In this document: positions 56,410-64,000 of the stretch, piece by piece
How positions within the stretch are numbered: the first letter of the stretch is position 1
Layout: every line of letters begins with the position of its first letter
Origin: Candidatus Nanohaloarchaea archaeon
GTDB lineage: Archaea > Nanohalarchaeota > Nanosalinia > Nanosalinales > Nanosalinaceae
Direction of reading: 5' to 3'
Length of the DNA: 64,000 bases
Assembly: GCA_041640035.1 (NCBI GenBank)
Contig: JBEQBC010000003.1
Coordinates: 32,001-96,000 of the forward strand
The notes under the pieces: generated by a model
Databases searched by the model: none
What the model was told of the DNA's origin: nothing
Seen by the model: the letters and a program-made list of their open reading frames with translations, nothing else
Translations under genes and position numbers: made by a program

Positions 56410-56913
56410 TTATTCGAAGGATAGTTCGTATTCTTCGCCTGTTACTTCTTCGACGACATGTTCGAACTCTTCGTTGCTCATGTTGATCTTTCCTTCGTAT
56501 TCCTCGCTTACAACGATCTTTTTGCTCTGTCCGTCAGGCTTGAAGACTGTATTGATTGACTGGATCTCTGCCGGGCTTAGAAGTCCTTGGATTACTTCTC
56601 TGTTGTCTTCTGATTTCTCGACTATCCGGATTGATTTGTCTACCTGGCTTGCGATTTCTTTTACGATTTCTCCGCCTTTTCCTACGACCTTGGCTCCGTC
56701 TCCTTCTGCTGTTACTATTACGATGACATTTTCTGTGTCGATTGCTTTGATTATTTCGCTGTCGCGGAGTGATCCGTATTCGTTGCTGAGGTCGTGGAGT
56801 ATCCTTGAGATTTTTATGTCGAGTTCTGTTATCTCGCCCTCGTCGAGCTTTTCCTGGCATCCGCTGCACAGGACATCGCTCTTTAGACATACATTACATA
56901 TTGGTGCCTTCAT
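56410..56913 (-). CDS. NusA-like KH-domain protein with N-terminal Cys4 motif
   Basis: PICNVCLKSDVLCSGC, KH loop VVGKGG. Confidence 0.8.
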   Translation of the reverse strand: MKAPICNVCLKSDVLCSGCQEKLDEGEITELDIKISRILHDLSNEYGSLRDSEIIKAIDTENVIVIVTAEGDGAKVVGKGGEIVKEIASQVDKSIRIVEKSEDNREVIQGLLSPAEIQSINTVFKPDGQSKKIVVSEEYEGKINMSNEEFEHVVEEVTGEEYELSFE

Positions 56914-56975
56914 GTATAGAAAGAAGTTAGTGAAAAATTAAATACCTGAGCCATCTACATGTTTTAATCTCCGTT

Positions 56976-57488
56976 TCAGATTCTCGACCTTAACTCCAGT
57001 GGTTCAGCAATTAAAGCAATTTCCTGGTACACTGCAAGCATCAGTAGAAGAGCTGAGCCGTAGAAACCGAAGTAACTATTGATTCCGGATAGTAGAACAG
57101 TCAGAGATGCGGCTAGACCGAACTCTACCGGTCCAAATGTCAGTTCGTATGTGTGGTTCAGTTTTTCTTTCAAACTTAACTCGGTTAGAAGCAGTAAGGC
57201 AAAAATCGATAGAGCTGAGATACTGAGATATTTAGGCACTGATTGAATATTGACTGCGAGGGCGGCCAGTGTTAGGAAAACCGTGTTTTTCAGCAAAGGT
57301 ACCGTGACTTTTCTCTTGCGGTTCATTCCTTCCCGATTTGCTTTTCTTGAGGTTCTCAGGTAGCTGAACACTGACAGTAGACCGAGTAGGCCGGATGCTA
57401 TTAGAAGGCCTCTTACTGATGTTATTGCTGTTACTAGAAGTAGTGCAAATGTTGATAGATAGAGTGTTTTGAAACCTGGTTCTCTCAT
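56976..57488 (-). CDS. Hypothetical membrane protein
   Basis: Several hydrophobic helices. Confidence 0.6.
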   Translation of the reverse strand: MREPGFKTLYLSTFALLLVTAITSVRGLLIASGLLGLLSVFSYLRTSRKANREGMNRKRKVTVPLLKNTVFLTLAALAVNIQSVPKYLSISALSIFALLLLTELSLKEKLNHTYELTFGPVEFGLAASLTVLLSGINSYFGFYGSALLLMLAVYQEIALIAEPLELRSRI

Positions 57489-57548
57489 CTAGTTATTACT
57501 TGTGAGTTAAACCTAATAACAGTTGTGCTGAGAACTTGGTAGTTGTAG

Positions 57549-57568
57549 TAAAAAAGAAATGTGAAAAA
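57549..57568 (-). terminator. Oligo(T) terminator of the ftsZ transcript
   Basis: Minus strand tttttcacatttctttttt directly after the long hairpin. Confidence 0.55.
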
Positions 57569-57571
57569 CCT

Positions 57572-57670
57572 CCAGGTGGAGGAGAACAGGACTCTTGCTC
57601 TAGTCGAAAGGGGGGGGAGGGGAGTTTTCGATTTAGCAAGAGTTTGAGAGTCCCACTCTCTTCCACCTGG
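57572..57670. other. Long imperfect hairpin with G-run (+) / C-run (-) loop in the ftsZ 3' region
   Basis: Nested pairs CCAGGTGGA/TCCACCTGG, ACTCTTGCT/AGCAAGAGT and TCGAAA/TTTCGA around GGGGGGGGAGGGGAG. Confidence 0.8.
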
Positions 57671-57691
57671 TAGCATTAATTACTAGGCGCT

Positions 57692-58762
57692 TTACTCAAG
57701 CACCTCTAAGCCTAGGTCGTTTACATCGCCGGTGACTTCTGTTTCTTCATCTTCCTCGATATCACCGAGTACATATGGGCTTTCTACACCAGTGACGATG
57801 GATATAACTTGTAGCTTTCCTTCTAGTTCGTCCTTGATTCTTGCACCCCAGATTACCTGTGCTGAGGTGTCAAGTTTCTGCTTGACTCTCTGTCCTACAT
57901 CGTTGATCTCGTTGAGTGTAAGGTCTTGTCCTCCGGCTACATGAAGGAGTGCTCCATTCGCTCCGTCGAATTCTACATCGAGGAGTGGGTTGCTTAGTGC
58001 TTCGTGGATTGCTTCTTCTCCTTTGTTGTTGGTGTCGCTTTCTCCGTATCCTACTACTGCGACTCCTCCTTCGTTCATGATTGCCTGGACATCTGCGTAA
58101 TCAAGGTTGACTAGTGAAGGTTTGCTGATTGTTTCTGTAATTCCCTGGATCATTGTTGTGATCAGTTCGTCTGCTACTCCGAATGCCTGATCCAGTGGCA
58201 TGTCTCCTGCAATATCGAGTAGTTTGTCGTTTTCGATTACGATTGCGGTGTCGACATGCTGTCTTAGTTTGTAAAGTCCTTCTTCTGCTTTGCTCATTCG
58301 TGCGCCTTCAATCTCGAAAGGCATCGTTACTGTTCCGATTACTATACATCCTTCTTTCTTTGCGATCTCTGCTAGGACTGGTGATACTCCTGTTCCGGTT
58401 CCTCCTCCAAGTCCTGCTGTGAGGAATACCATGTCTGCGTCTTTAAACAGGTTTCTTAGCTCTGCACGGTTTTCTTCTGCTGCCCGTGCTCCTTTTTCTG
58501 GGTGTCCTCCTGCTCCGAGTCCCTTTGTCAGGTCTCGGCCGACCAGTATTTTACGGTCTGCGGAAGACATTTTCAGGTGCTGCTTGTCAGTGTTGATAGC
58601 GACAGTTTCAGCTCCCTCTACTTCCTTATTCTGGATCCGGGTGATCTGATTGTTACCAGCTCCCCCAGCTCCTACTACTAGGATTTTAGCATCTTTTACA
58701 TCTTCGAGACTTTGTTTGTCAGCCTCTTCTTCTTGACCAGCGTTATCGATTATGGATTCCAT
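57692..58762 (-). CDS. ftsZ: Cell division protein FtsZ (FtsZ2-like clade)
   Basis: GGGTGTG tubulin signature. PSLVNLDYAD, AR..KAEEGL and VIWGARI resemble archaeal FtsZ2. Not followed by secE/nusG. Confidence 0.95.
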   Translation of the reverse strand: MESIIDNAGQEEEADKQSLEDVKDAKILVVGAGGAGNNQITRIQNKEVEGAETVAINTDKQHLKMSSADRKILVGRDLTKGLGAGGHPEKGARAAEENRAELRNLFKDADMVFLTAGLGGGTGTGVSPVLAEIAKKEGCIVIGTVTMPFEIEGARMSKAEEGLYKLRQHVDTAIVIENDKLLDIAGDMPLDQAFGVADELITTMIQGITETISKPSLVNLDYADVQAIMNEGGVAVVGYGESDTNNKGEEAIHEALSNPLLDVEFDGANGALLHVAGGQDLTLNEINDVGQRVKQKLDTSAQVIWGARIKDELEGKLQVISIVTGVESPYVLGDIEEDEETEVTGDVNDLGLEVLE

Positions 58763-58842
58763 TGTAAGTATCAGCCTGCGGTGTAGTTGCACCTAACCTT
58801 TTTAAGTCGGCATAGGTAATTCTAACCTAGAACAAATCGAAC

Positions 58843-58991
58843 TCGTCTTGCCCAAGACGAAAACTTACATGATTCACTTCGAGTTTGCCCAAACTCGAAC
58901 TTGCCCGACTTTGATTCGACCTGTTTCAACTCGTGCCCGCGAGTCGAAAGGTCAACGAACCTCAGATCATGTGCCCGCATGATCGAAGTTC
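58843..58991. ncRNA. Candidate structured ncRNA or 5' leader: four stem-loops with the same GCCC/GGGC loop
   Basis: TCGTCTT-GCCC-AAGACGA, TTCGAGTTT-GCCC-AAACTCGAA, ACTCG-TGCCCG-CGAGT, GATCATG-TGCCCG-CATGATC. A fifth TGCCC lies at 58902-58906. Confidence 0.6.
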
Positions 58992-59031
58992 AATCGAGCT
59001 ATCTTCTATACTAACTTATACTTGAAGCCTG

Positions 59032-59039
59032 TTTATAAA
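59032..59039 (-). promoter_or_regulatory. TATA box upstream of the hairpin array
   Basis: TTTATAAA about 40 nt before the first minus-strand hairpin. Confidence 0.5.
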
Positions 59040-59057
59040 TGTTTCCTTGAAGTAGTT

Positions 59058-59076
59058 ACTGTTCACGACTGTTCAC
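59058..59076. repeat. Tandem 9-bp direct repeat ACTGTTCAC with 10-bp period
   Basis: Copies at 59058-59066 and 59068-59076. Confidence 0.7.
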
Positions 59077-59161
59077 TGCACTCGAAAACAACATTCTCAC
59101 GGATTCAACCCCTGGTATTCAGTAAGTTGTTTAAAGAAAACCCTCCTCAAACTTATCTGCC

Positions 59162-59440
59162 ATGGTAGACACTGAAGAAGTCGAGGAAGTAGCAGAGAAC
59201 GCCAGAATAGAACTTGAAGAAGGAGAAGCAGAAGAGTTCGCAGAAGAATTCGAAGATATACTAGAGATGTTCGAGACCCTCGACGATGTAGGCACCGAAG
59301 ATGTAGAACCCTCCTTCCACCCTGTAGAAGTATCACCAACAACCAGGGAAGACGAAGTAGAGGAAACACTCGACGAGAACCAAGTTTTCAAGAACACCGA
59401 TAACGAGGAAGATGGTTTCTTCAAAGGACCGTCAGCTTAA
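59162..59440 (+). CDS. gatC: Asp/Glu-tRNA amidotransferase subunit C
   Basis: EVEEVAENARIEL...REDEV...DGFFKGP. Confidence 0.9.
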   Translation: MVDTEEVEEVAENARIELEEGEAEEFAEEFEDILEMFETLDDVGTEDVEPSFHPVEVSPTTREDEVEETLDENQVFKNTDNEEDGFFKGPSA

Positions 59441-59473
59441 ACTTTCTAATTAACTATTCACTAAATACTTATC

Positions 59474-59980
59474 ATGAAGATAGGTCTAGTTTCCGATACG
59501 CACGATAACCTCGAAAGAGCCAAACTCGCAGCAGACTTCTTCGAACAAAGATCCGTGGAAGAGGTAATCCACTGTGGTGACCTGGTTGCACCTTTCACCG
59601 CCGAGATATTCGACCGCAGCTTCAACTTCTACTATGTAAGAGGGAACAACGACGGCGAATGGAACCTCAAACAGAAAATAAACGAATTCGGACACTTTCA
59701 TAATAACATCGCAGAACTAGAATTCGACACTGAAACATTCGCAGTATACCACGGTACCGAGGAAGAGATAGTCGAATCACTTGTCGAATCAGAGAACTAC
59801 GACTATGTGATCAGGGGCCACACCCACAAAAGAAAGAAAAGAGACTACGGAAAGACCAGAGAGATCAATCCCGGCGGTATCAAAATTGGTGAAGATGGGG
59901 AAGAGTTCTCAGTAGCAGTGCTGGAAACTGAAACGGGTGAAGTACATTTCTACGAGGAGGAGAAACTGAGAGAACTATGA
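59474..59980 (+). CDS. YfcE/MJ0936-family metallophosphoesterase
   Basis: SDTHDN, HCGD, GNND, YHG, GHTH, NPG. Confidence 0.92.
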   Translation: MKIGLVSDTHDNLERAKLAADFFEQRSVEEVIHCGDLVAPFTAEIFDRSFNFYYVRGNNDGEWNLKQKINEFGHFHNNIAELEFDTETFAVYHGTEEEIVESLVESENYDYVIRGHTHKRKKRDYGKTREINPGGIKIGEDGEEFSVAVLETETGEVHFYEEEKLREL

Positions 59981-60105
59981 AACTGGAATGCCCGGAATGC
60001 GGCGGCGAAATGTCCTTCGACGGATACCGACCATTATTCCCTACATGCACGGAATGCAGTGAAACCTTTCATGTCGATGACTGCATCCAGAAAAACTCCG
60101 ACTGA
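59977..60105 (+). CDS. CPxCG zinc-finger microprotein (42 aa), not in the ORF track
   Basis: MKLECPECGGEMSFDGYRPLFPTCTECSETFHVDDCIQKNSD, ATGA overlap with the upstream gene. Confidence 0.75.
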   Translation: MKLECPECGGEMSFDGYRPLFPTCTECSETFHVDDCIQKNSD

Positions 60106-60136
60106 TTTTTAAGATTCCTCAAACGAAAACAGTTCT

Positions 60137-61510
60137 ATGACTGTGGAAAAAGTCGTTAAGAGCGAAAAAGACATAGATAAGGAAAAAATTCAGGAACAAC
60201 TGAAACAGGCAGAACAGGAATTCAACCTTCTCAGAGAATACAAAAAAGGAGAACCACAGAACGGCGAACTCAACAACATACCTTTCGTAGCCAAAGACGC
60301 CATCTGCACAAAAAATGTAACCACAAGCGCAGGAAGCAAAATACTAGAAGACTACAAACCAGTATTCGACGCCACAGTCATACAAAAACTGAAAAACGCA
60401 GGCGCACAGTTCTACGGAAAAACAGAACAGGACGAATTCGGATTCGGAACCTTCTCCACCAACAACGCATTTACAACACCGAAAAACCCTCACGACCCTG
60501 AAAGAGTAGTCGGAGGAAGCAGCGGTGGAGCAGGAGCAATAGTAGCAGCAGTAGACCAACCAATAATTTCTCTGGGAGAAAGCACAGGAGGATCAATTAC
60601 AAACCCGGCAGCATATAACGGAGTCGTAGGAATAACACCTACATACGGACGAGTATCACGGTACGGACTTGTAGACTACGCAAACAGCCTGGACAAGATA
60701 GGAGTACTAACACAGAATGTCTACGGAGCAGCCAAAGGACTAGAAATCATCGCAGGACACGATGAAAACGATCAAACAACAGCAGACCGTGAAGTACCTG
60801 AATACGCAGAGAACCTGGAAGGAACCCAAGGTAAACTGGCTGTACCTGAACAGTACCTTGAGCTAGACGGTGTAGAGGAAGGAGTGATGGAGAACTTTCT
60901 TGAATCGATTGAAGAACTGAAAGAGATGGGATACGAGGTTGAGGAAGTTGATATGCCTCTGCTATCGGCTGATGTAGCAGTACCAGCATACTATGTACTG
61001 GCGGTAAGCGAAGCATCGACCAACCTAGCCAAGATGAGCGGGATGCGTTACGGACTGGAGTTCGACCCGGAAAACTATGAAGACTTCAACGATTACTTCT
61101 CAGCAGTTAGAAGCGAAGGATTCGGAGAAGAAGCCAAAAGAAGAATACTACTAGGAACATACACAAGACAGGCAGGATACCGAGACCAGTACTACATCAA
61201 AGCAGCCAAAGTAAGAACCAAAATAATCAATCAGTATAAAGAAGTGTTCGAGGAGTATGATGCAGTGATTTCGCCATCCATGCCGAACATAGCTCCAAAA
61301 ATCGAAGAAGCCGAAGAGATGAAACCTTCAGAAATCTACGCCATGGACACACTGACCGTCGGTCCAAACCTGGCAGGAATGCCAATGATCTCAGTGCCGA
61401 ATGGAACCAGTCAGGAGATGCCGACCGGACTGCATATTGTAGGAAACCATTTCGAGGAGCAGAAAATACTTGATATCGCATACAGCTATGAAAGAGGTGA
61501 GGAAGAATGA
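60137..61510 (+). CDS. gatA: Asp/Glu-tRNA amidotransferase subunit A
   Basis: Amidase signature GGSSGG, STGGSI, YGRVSRYGL, R.EGFGEE.KRRILLGT. Confidence 0.96.
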   Translation: MTVEKVVKSEKDIDKEKIQEQLKQAEQEFNLLREYKKGEPQNGELNNIPFVAKDAICTKNVTTSAGSKILEDYKPVFDATVIQKLKNAGAQFYGKTEQDEFGFGTFSTNNAFTTPKNPHDPERVVGGSSGGAGAIVAAVDQPIISLGESTGGSITNPAAYNGVVGITPTYGRVSRYGLVDYANSLDKIGVLTQNVYGAAKGLEIIAGHDENDQTTADREVPEYAENLEGTQGKLAVPEQYLELDGVEEGVMENFLESIEELKEMGYEVEEVDMPLLSADVAVPAYYVLAVSEASTNLAKMSGMRYGLEFDPENYEDFNDYFSAVRSEGFGEEAKRRILLGTYTRQAGYRDQYYIKAAKVRTKIINQYKEVFEEYDAVISPSMPNIAPKIEEAEEMKPSEIYAMDTLTVGPNLAGMPMISVPNGTSQEMPTGLHIVGNHFEEQKILDIAYSYERGEEE

Positions 61511-62925
61511 GTGAAGAAACAGAAGTCATGATCGGACTGGAAACACATGTACAACTCGATACAAATACAAAGCTTTTCTGCGGCTGCCCAAACCAGCCGG
61601 ATGCAGAATCCAACACAAATGTATGTGAAACCTGCCTCGGCCATCCTGGCAGCAAACCACAGATGAACGAAAAAGTAGTTAAACAAGCTGTCAAGGTTTC
61701 AGAAGCCCTGCAGTGCGATGTAAACAGAGATATATTCTTCTCACGGAAGACCTACTTCTACCCGGACATGAGCAAGAACTACCAGATCACACAGTACGAG
61801 ATACCGGTAGGAGAACACGGCGATATGGAAGTCAAGATCGGAGACAGGAAGAAAGACATCGGAATCACCAGGCTGCATATCGAAGAGGATCCAGCGAAGA
61901 CAGAGCACTCCGGTGGCTCAATACAGGACTCCGCATACACCAAGGTAGACTACAACCGTGCAGGAACACCACTTCTCGAGATCGTAACCGATCCAGACTT
62001 TGAATCACCGAAGGAAGCTAGAGAATACCTTAAGCAACTGGTTCAGACACTGGAATACCTGGGTGTCTACAGCTCGGAATCAGAGTACGCGATTAAGTCC
62101 GATGCAAACATCTCGATTGAAGGCGGAGAAAAGGTAGAGGTAAAGAATATCACAGGTACAGCAGGGATTGAGAAAGCACTCAGCTACGAGATCACAAGGC
62201 AGAAACAGTTGAAGAAGAGAGGCCGTGAAGTCGAACAACAGACCCGGAACTACGATGCCAATCAGGAGATTACTACTAAACTTCGAGAGAAGGAAACTGA
62301 AGAAGACTACGGGTACATCTTTGACCCTGACCTGACACGGCAGGAGATCGATCAGGAGTACCGGAAACGGTTGAAGAAAGAAGTACCAGAGCTTCCGCAC
62401 GAGAAGTTTGAACGGTTCCAAGAGGAATACGGGCTTTCCGAGAAAGCTGTCGAAGCACTGATCGTTGAACCACAGCTCGCAGATGACTTCGAGGAACTGG
62501 CAGAAAACCATGAAACACAGCTAGTATCCTCAATCCTGACCGGCGAGATGAGAAAAGTACTCAACTACAACAACCTAACCTACACAGCATTTGACGCACC
62601 GATCAAATGGATCGAATATGTAGTCGAACTGGTAGAAGAGGACAAGATTTCAGATAGAAACATGGAGATGGTCCTCCGTGAAATGGTCGGAGAAGACCGA
62701 GACCCAAGAGATATAGTCGAAGAAGAGGATTTACTGAAGGCTGAGGACGATGAAATTGATCAATTCGTTGAACGGGTTATAGATGAGAATCCTGACGCTG
62801 TAGAAGACTATAACTCCGGTGAGGAAGAAGCAGTCAACTTCCTCGTTGGACAGGTCATGCAGCAAAGCCAGGGTAAGGCAGATCCCAGGACCGCTAGAGA
62901 GAAAATCCTTGAAGAACTGGACTGA
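61507..62925 (+). CDS. gatB: Asp/Glu-tRNA amidotransferase subunit B
   Basis: IGLETHVQL, RKTYFYPD, HIEED, DYNRAGTPLLEIVT, EVKN, Yqey-like tail. Confidence 0.97.
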   Translation: MSEETEVMIGLETHVQLDTNTKLFCGCPNQPDAESNTNVCETCLGHPGSKPQMNEKVVKQAVKVSEALQCDVNRDIFFSRKTYFYPDMSKNYQITQYEIPVGEHGDMEVKIGDRKKDIGITRLHIEEDPAKTEHSGGSIQDSAYTKVDYNRAGTPLLEIVTDPDFESPKEAREYLKQLVQTLEYLGVYSSESEYAIKSDANISIEGGEKVEVKNITGTAGIEKALSYEITRQKQLKKRGREVEQQTRNYDANQEITTKLREKETEEDYGYIFDPDLTRQEIDQEYRKRLKKEVPELPHEKFERFQEEYGLSEKAVEALIVEPQLADDFEELAENHETQLVSSILTGEMRKVLNYNNLTYTAFDAPIKWIEYVVELVEEDKISDRNMEMVLREMVGEDRDPRDIVEEEDLLKAEDDEIDQFVERVIDENPDAVEDYNSGEEEAVNFLVGQVMQQSQGKADPRTAREKILEELD

Positions 62926-62941
62926 GTACATTTAAACAAAG

Positions 62942-63844
62942 ATGAAAGCAGACAAAGTGCTCGACAACCTCGGAATAGAGTATGAAGAAGTTGTTCAAGA
63001 TCAGCCGACCAAAAGTTGTGATGATGCAGCCAGGGAAAGAGGACTGGAAACACGGCAGATCGTTAAATCTCTTATAATCGAGTCAGAAGGCCAGAAGTAC
63101 CACATCCTTTTGCCGGGCGACCGAACGCTTTCTGAAAGCAAGTTCGGAGCCGAATACCGAATGGTACCGCCCGCAGAATCTAAAGAACTCACAGGTTTCG
63201 AATCAGGTACGGTGCACCCGTTCTCAACCCAGCTCAAACATGTAGTTGACGAGAGAATATTTGAAAACGACAGGGTATCGCACACAGTAGGTGAGAAGAA
63301 ACGAGGTATAATAACATCTGCTGATAATCTCCGTGAAGCATTAGGGAGTTCGGATTTCGATTTTGAAGTCCGTGATATAGCTGTTTCCGAGGATGAAGAT
63401 TATGAACAGGTTCAGAGCGACGGGATAGATGAGGAAGATGCAAAGTTCATAGTTGACAACGGTTTCCGCAGAGACTTCCTGGCGTTGAAAGATGATTTCA
63501 CAGGTTCTTCCGTTCTGAATCTTCTCAAGGAGTTCAACCGTGAAGACCTGACTGTTGACAGAGAGGTCTCCAGAGAGATACTTGAAAGATCTGAAAGCCT
63601 GACCCATACACAGAGACTGGTTGAACACTACGCCGGAAACGGTGAGCTTCCGGAGGAACAGGAGTTTGACCTCGAGCAGGAGGTAAAAACTGTGTTGGAT
63701 GAAAATCCGGATGCCGTAGAGGATTTCCGGTCTGGCAGAGACTCCGCTCTGAACTATTTGATCGGTCAGCTTATGCAGAGGACAAGTGGCAAGGCTGAGG
63801 CCAGAGAAGCCCGGAAAATTATGAAGGAGGATCTCTCCGAATGA
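62942..63844 (+). CDS. YbaK/ProXp-family aminoacyl-tRNA deacylase fused to a GatB/Yqey tail domain
   Basis: N-terminal QIVKSL and TGFESGTVHPF (GxxxP loop). C-terminal VLDENPDAVEDFRSGRDSALNYLIGQLMQRTSGKA closely matches the tail of the adjacent GatB. Confidence 0.85.
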   Translation: MKADKVLDNLGIEYEEVVQDQPTKSCDDAARERGLETRQIVKSLIIESEGQKYHILLPGDRTLSESKFGAEYRMVPPAESKELTGFESGTVHPFSTQLKHVVDERIFENDRVSHTVGEKKRGIITSADNLREALGSSDFDFEVRDIAVSEDEDYEQVQSDGIDEEDAKFIVDNGFRRDFLALKDDFTGSSVLNLLKEFNREDLTVDREVSREILERSESLTHTQRLVEHYAGNGELPEEQEFDLEQEVKTVLDENPDAVEDFRSGRDSALNYLIGQLMQRTSGKAEAREARKIMKEDLSE

Positions 63845-64000
63845 CCAGTATCTCCGAGGAGTTCGTACAGGAACAGGTTCAGGAGATCAAAGAGAGGGAA
63901 GATGTTAAAGGGGTCGCGGTTTTCGGCAGTTACGCTCGTGAACCAGAGGCCGACCACAACGATCTTGATATCTATATCATAGTTGAAGATGACTACCGTA
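63841..64000 (+). CDS. Pol-beta superfamily nucleotidyltransferase (partial, runs off the window)
   Basis: MTSISEEF...VAVFGSYAR...DLDIYIIV (GS...DxD), ATGA overlap. Confidence 0.75.
   Translation, partial: MTSISEEFVQEQVQEIKEREDVKGVAVFGSYAREPEADHNDLDIYIIVEDDYR

Noticed and set aside
57572-57670. Replication origin (ORB plus G-string)
   Set aside because: TCCAGGTGGA only loosely resembles ORB, no cdc6/orc1 nearby, no AT-rich unwinding element between the arms
58822-58980. 52-codon minus-strand ORF (MRAHDLRFV...) as a CdrS-like regulator
   Set aside because: Basic and unlike the acidic proteome, no ribbon-helix-helix pattern. The sequence is better explained by the hairpins.
58843-58991. Hairpin array as CRISPR, tRNA, SRP RNA or RNase P RNA
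   Set aside because: No identical 25-40 bp repeats with spacers, no cloverleaf, and none of the conserved SRP helix 8 or RNase P P4 (GAGGAAAGUCC) motifs
60137-60800. Extremely A-rich, T-poor stretch as foreign DNA
   Set aside because: It is the conserved gatA coding strand, and the same purine loading occurs in other core genes
63841-64000. MNT-HEPN toxin-antitoxin pair
   Set aside because: Only the start of the nucleotidyltransferase is visible, so a partner cannot be assessed

Overview
64 kb of a compact archaeal chromosome with a very acidic proteome, short intergenic spacers, TATA boxes close to start codons and T-tract terminators. It is best matched by a Nanohaloarchaeota-type DPANN halophile (inferred from gene content and composition only). 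Contents: a type IV pilus locus (six class III signal-peptide proteins, ATPase, two TadC-like proteins), rfcL/rfcS, AK6-type kinase, thioredoxin, MscS, Lhr helicase, BatA/vWA and V4R proteins, NYN, TatD, dcd, aRF1, valS, metG, two large modular surface proteins, rpS17e, AlaX, tandem nuclease-like and Nudix genes, ABCE1, a NusA-like KH protein, ftsZ2 and gatC/A/B. I found no rRNA, tRNA, CRISPR array or transposase. Main observations: (1) a non-coding array of stem-loops with different stems but the same loop (GCCC on +, YGGGCA on -) upstream of ftsZ2, plus a long purine/pyrimidine-loop hairpin downstream; (2) an ABCE1 with all eight Fe-S cysteines replaced; (3) metG with no ATG/GTG/TTG start, apparently starting at ATA/ATT behind a Shine-Dalgarno; (4) a YbaK-type deacylase fused to a GatB tail domain next to gatB; (5) a circularly permuted C-type lectin, and domain swapping at a homologous loop of two paralogous adhesins. 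All family assignments come from motif recognition by eye, not database searches.
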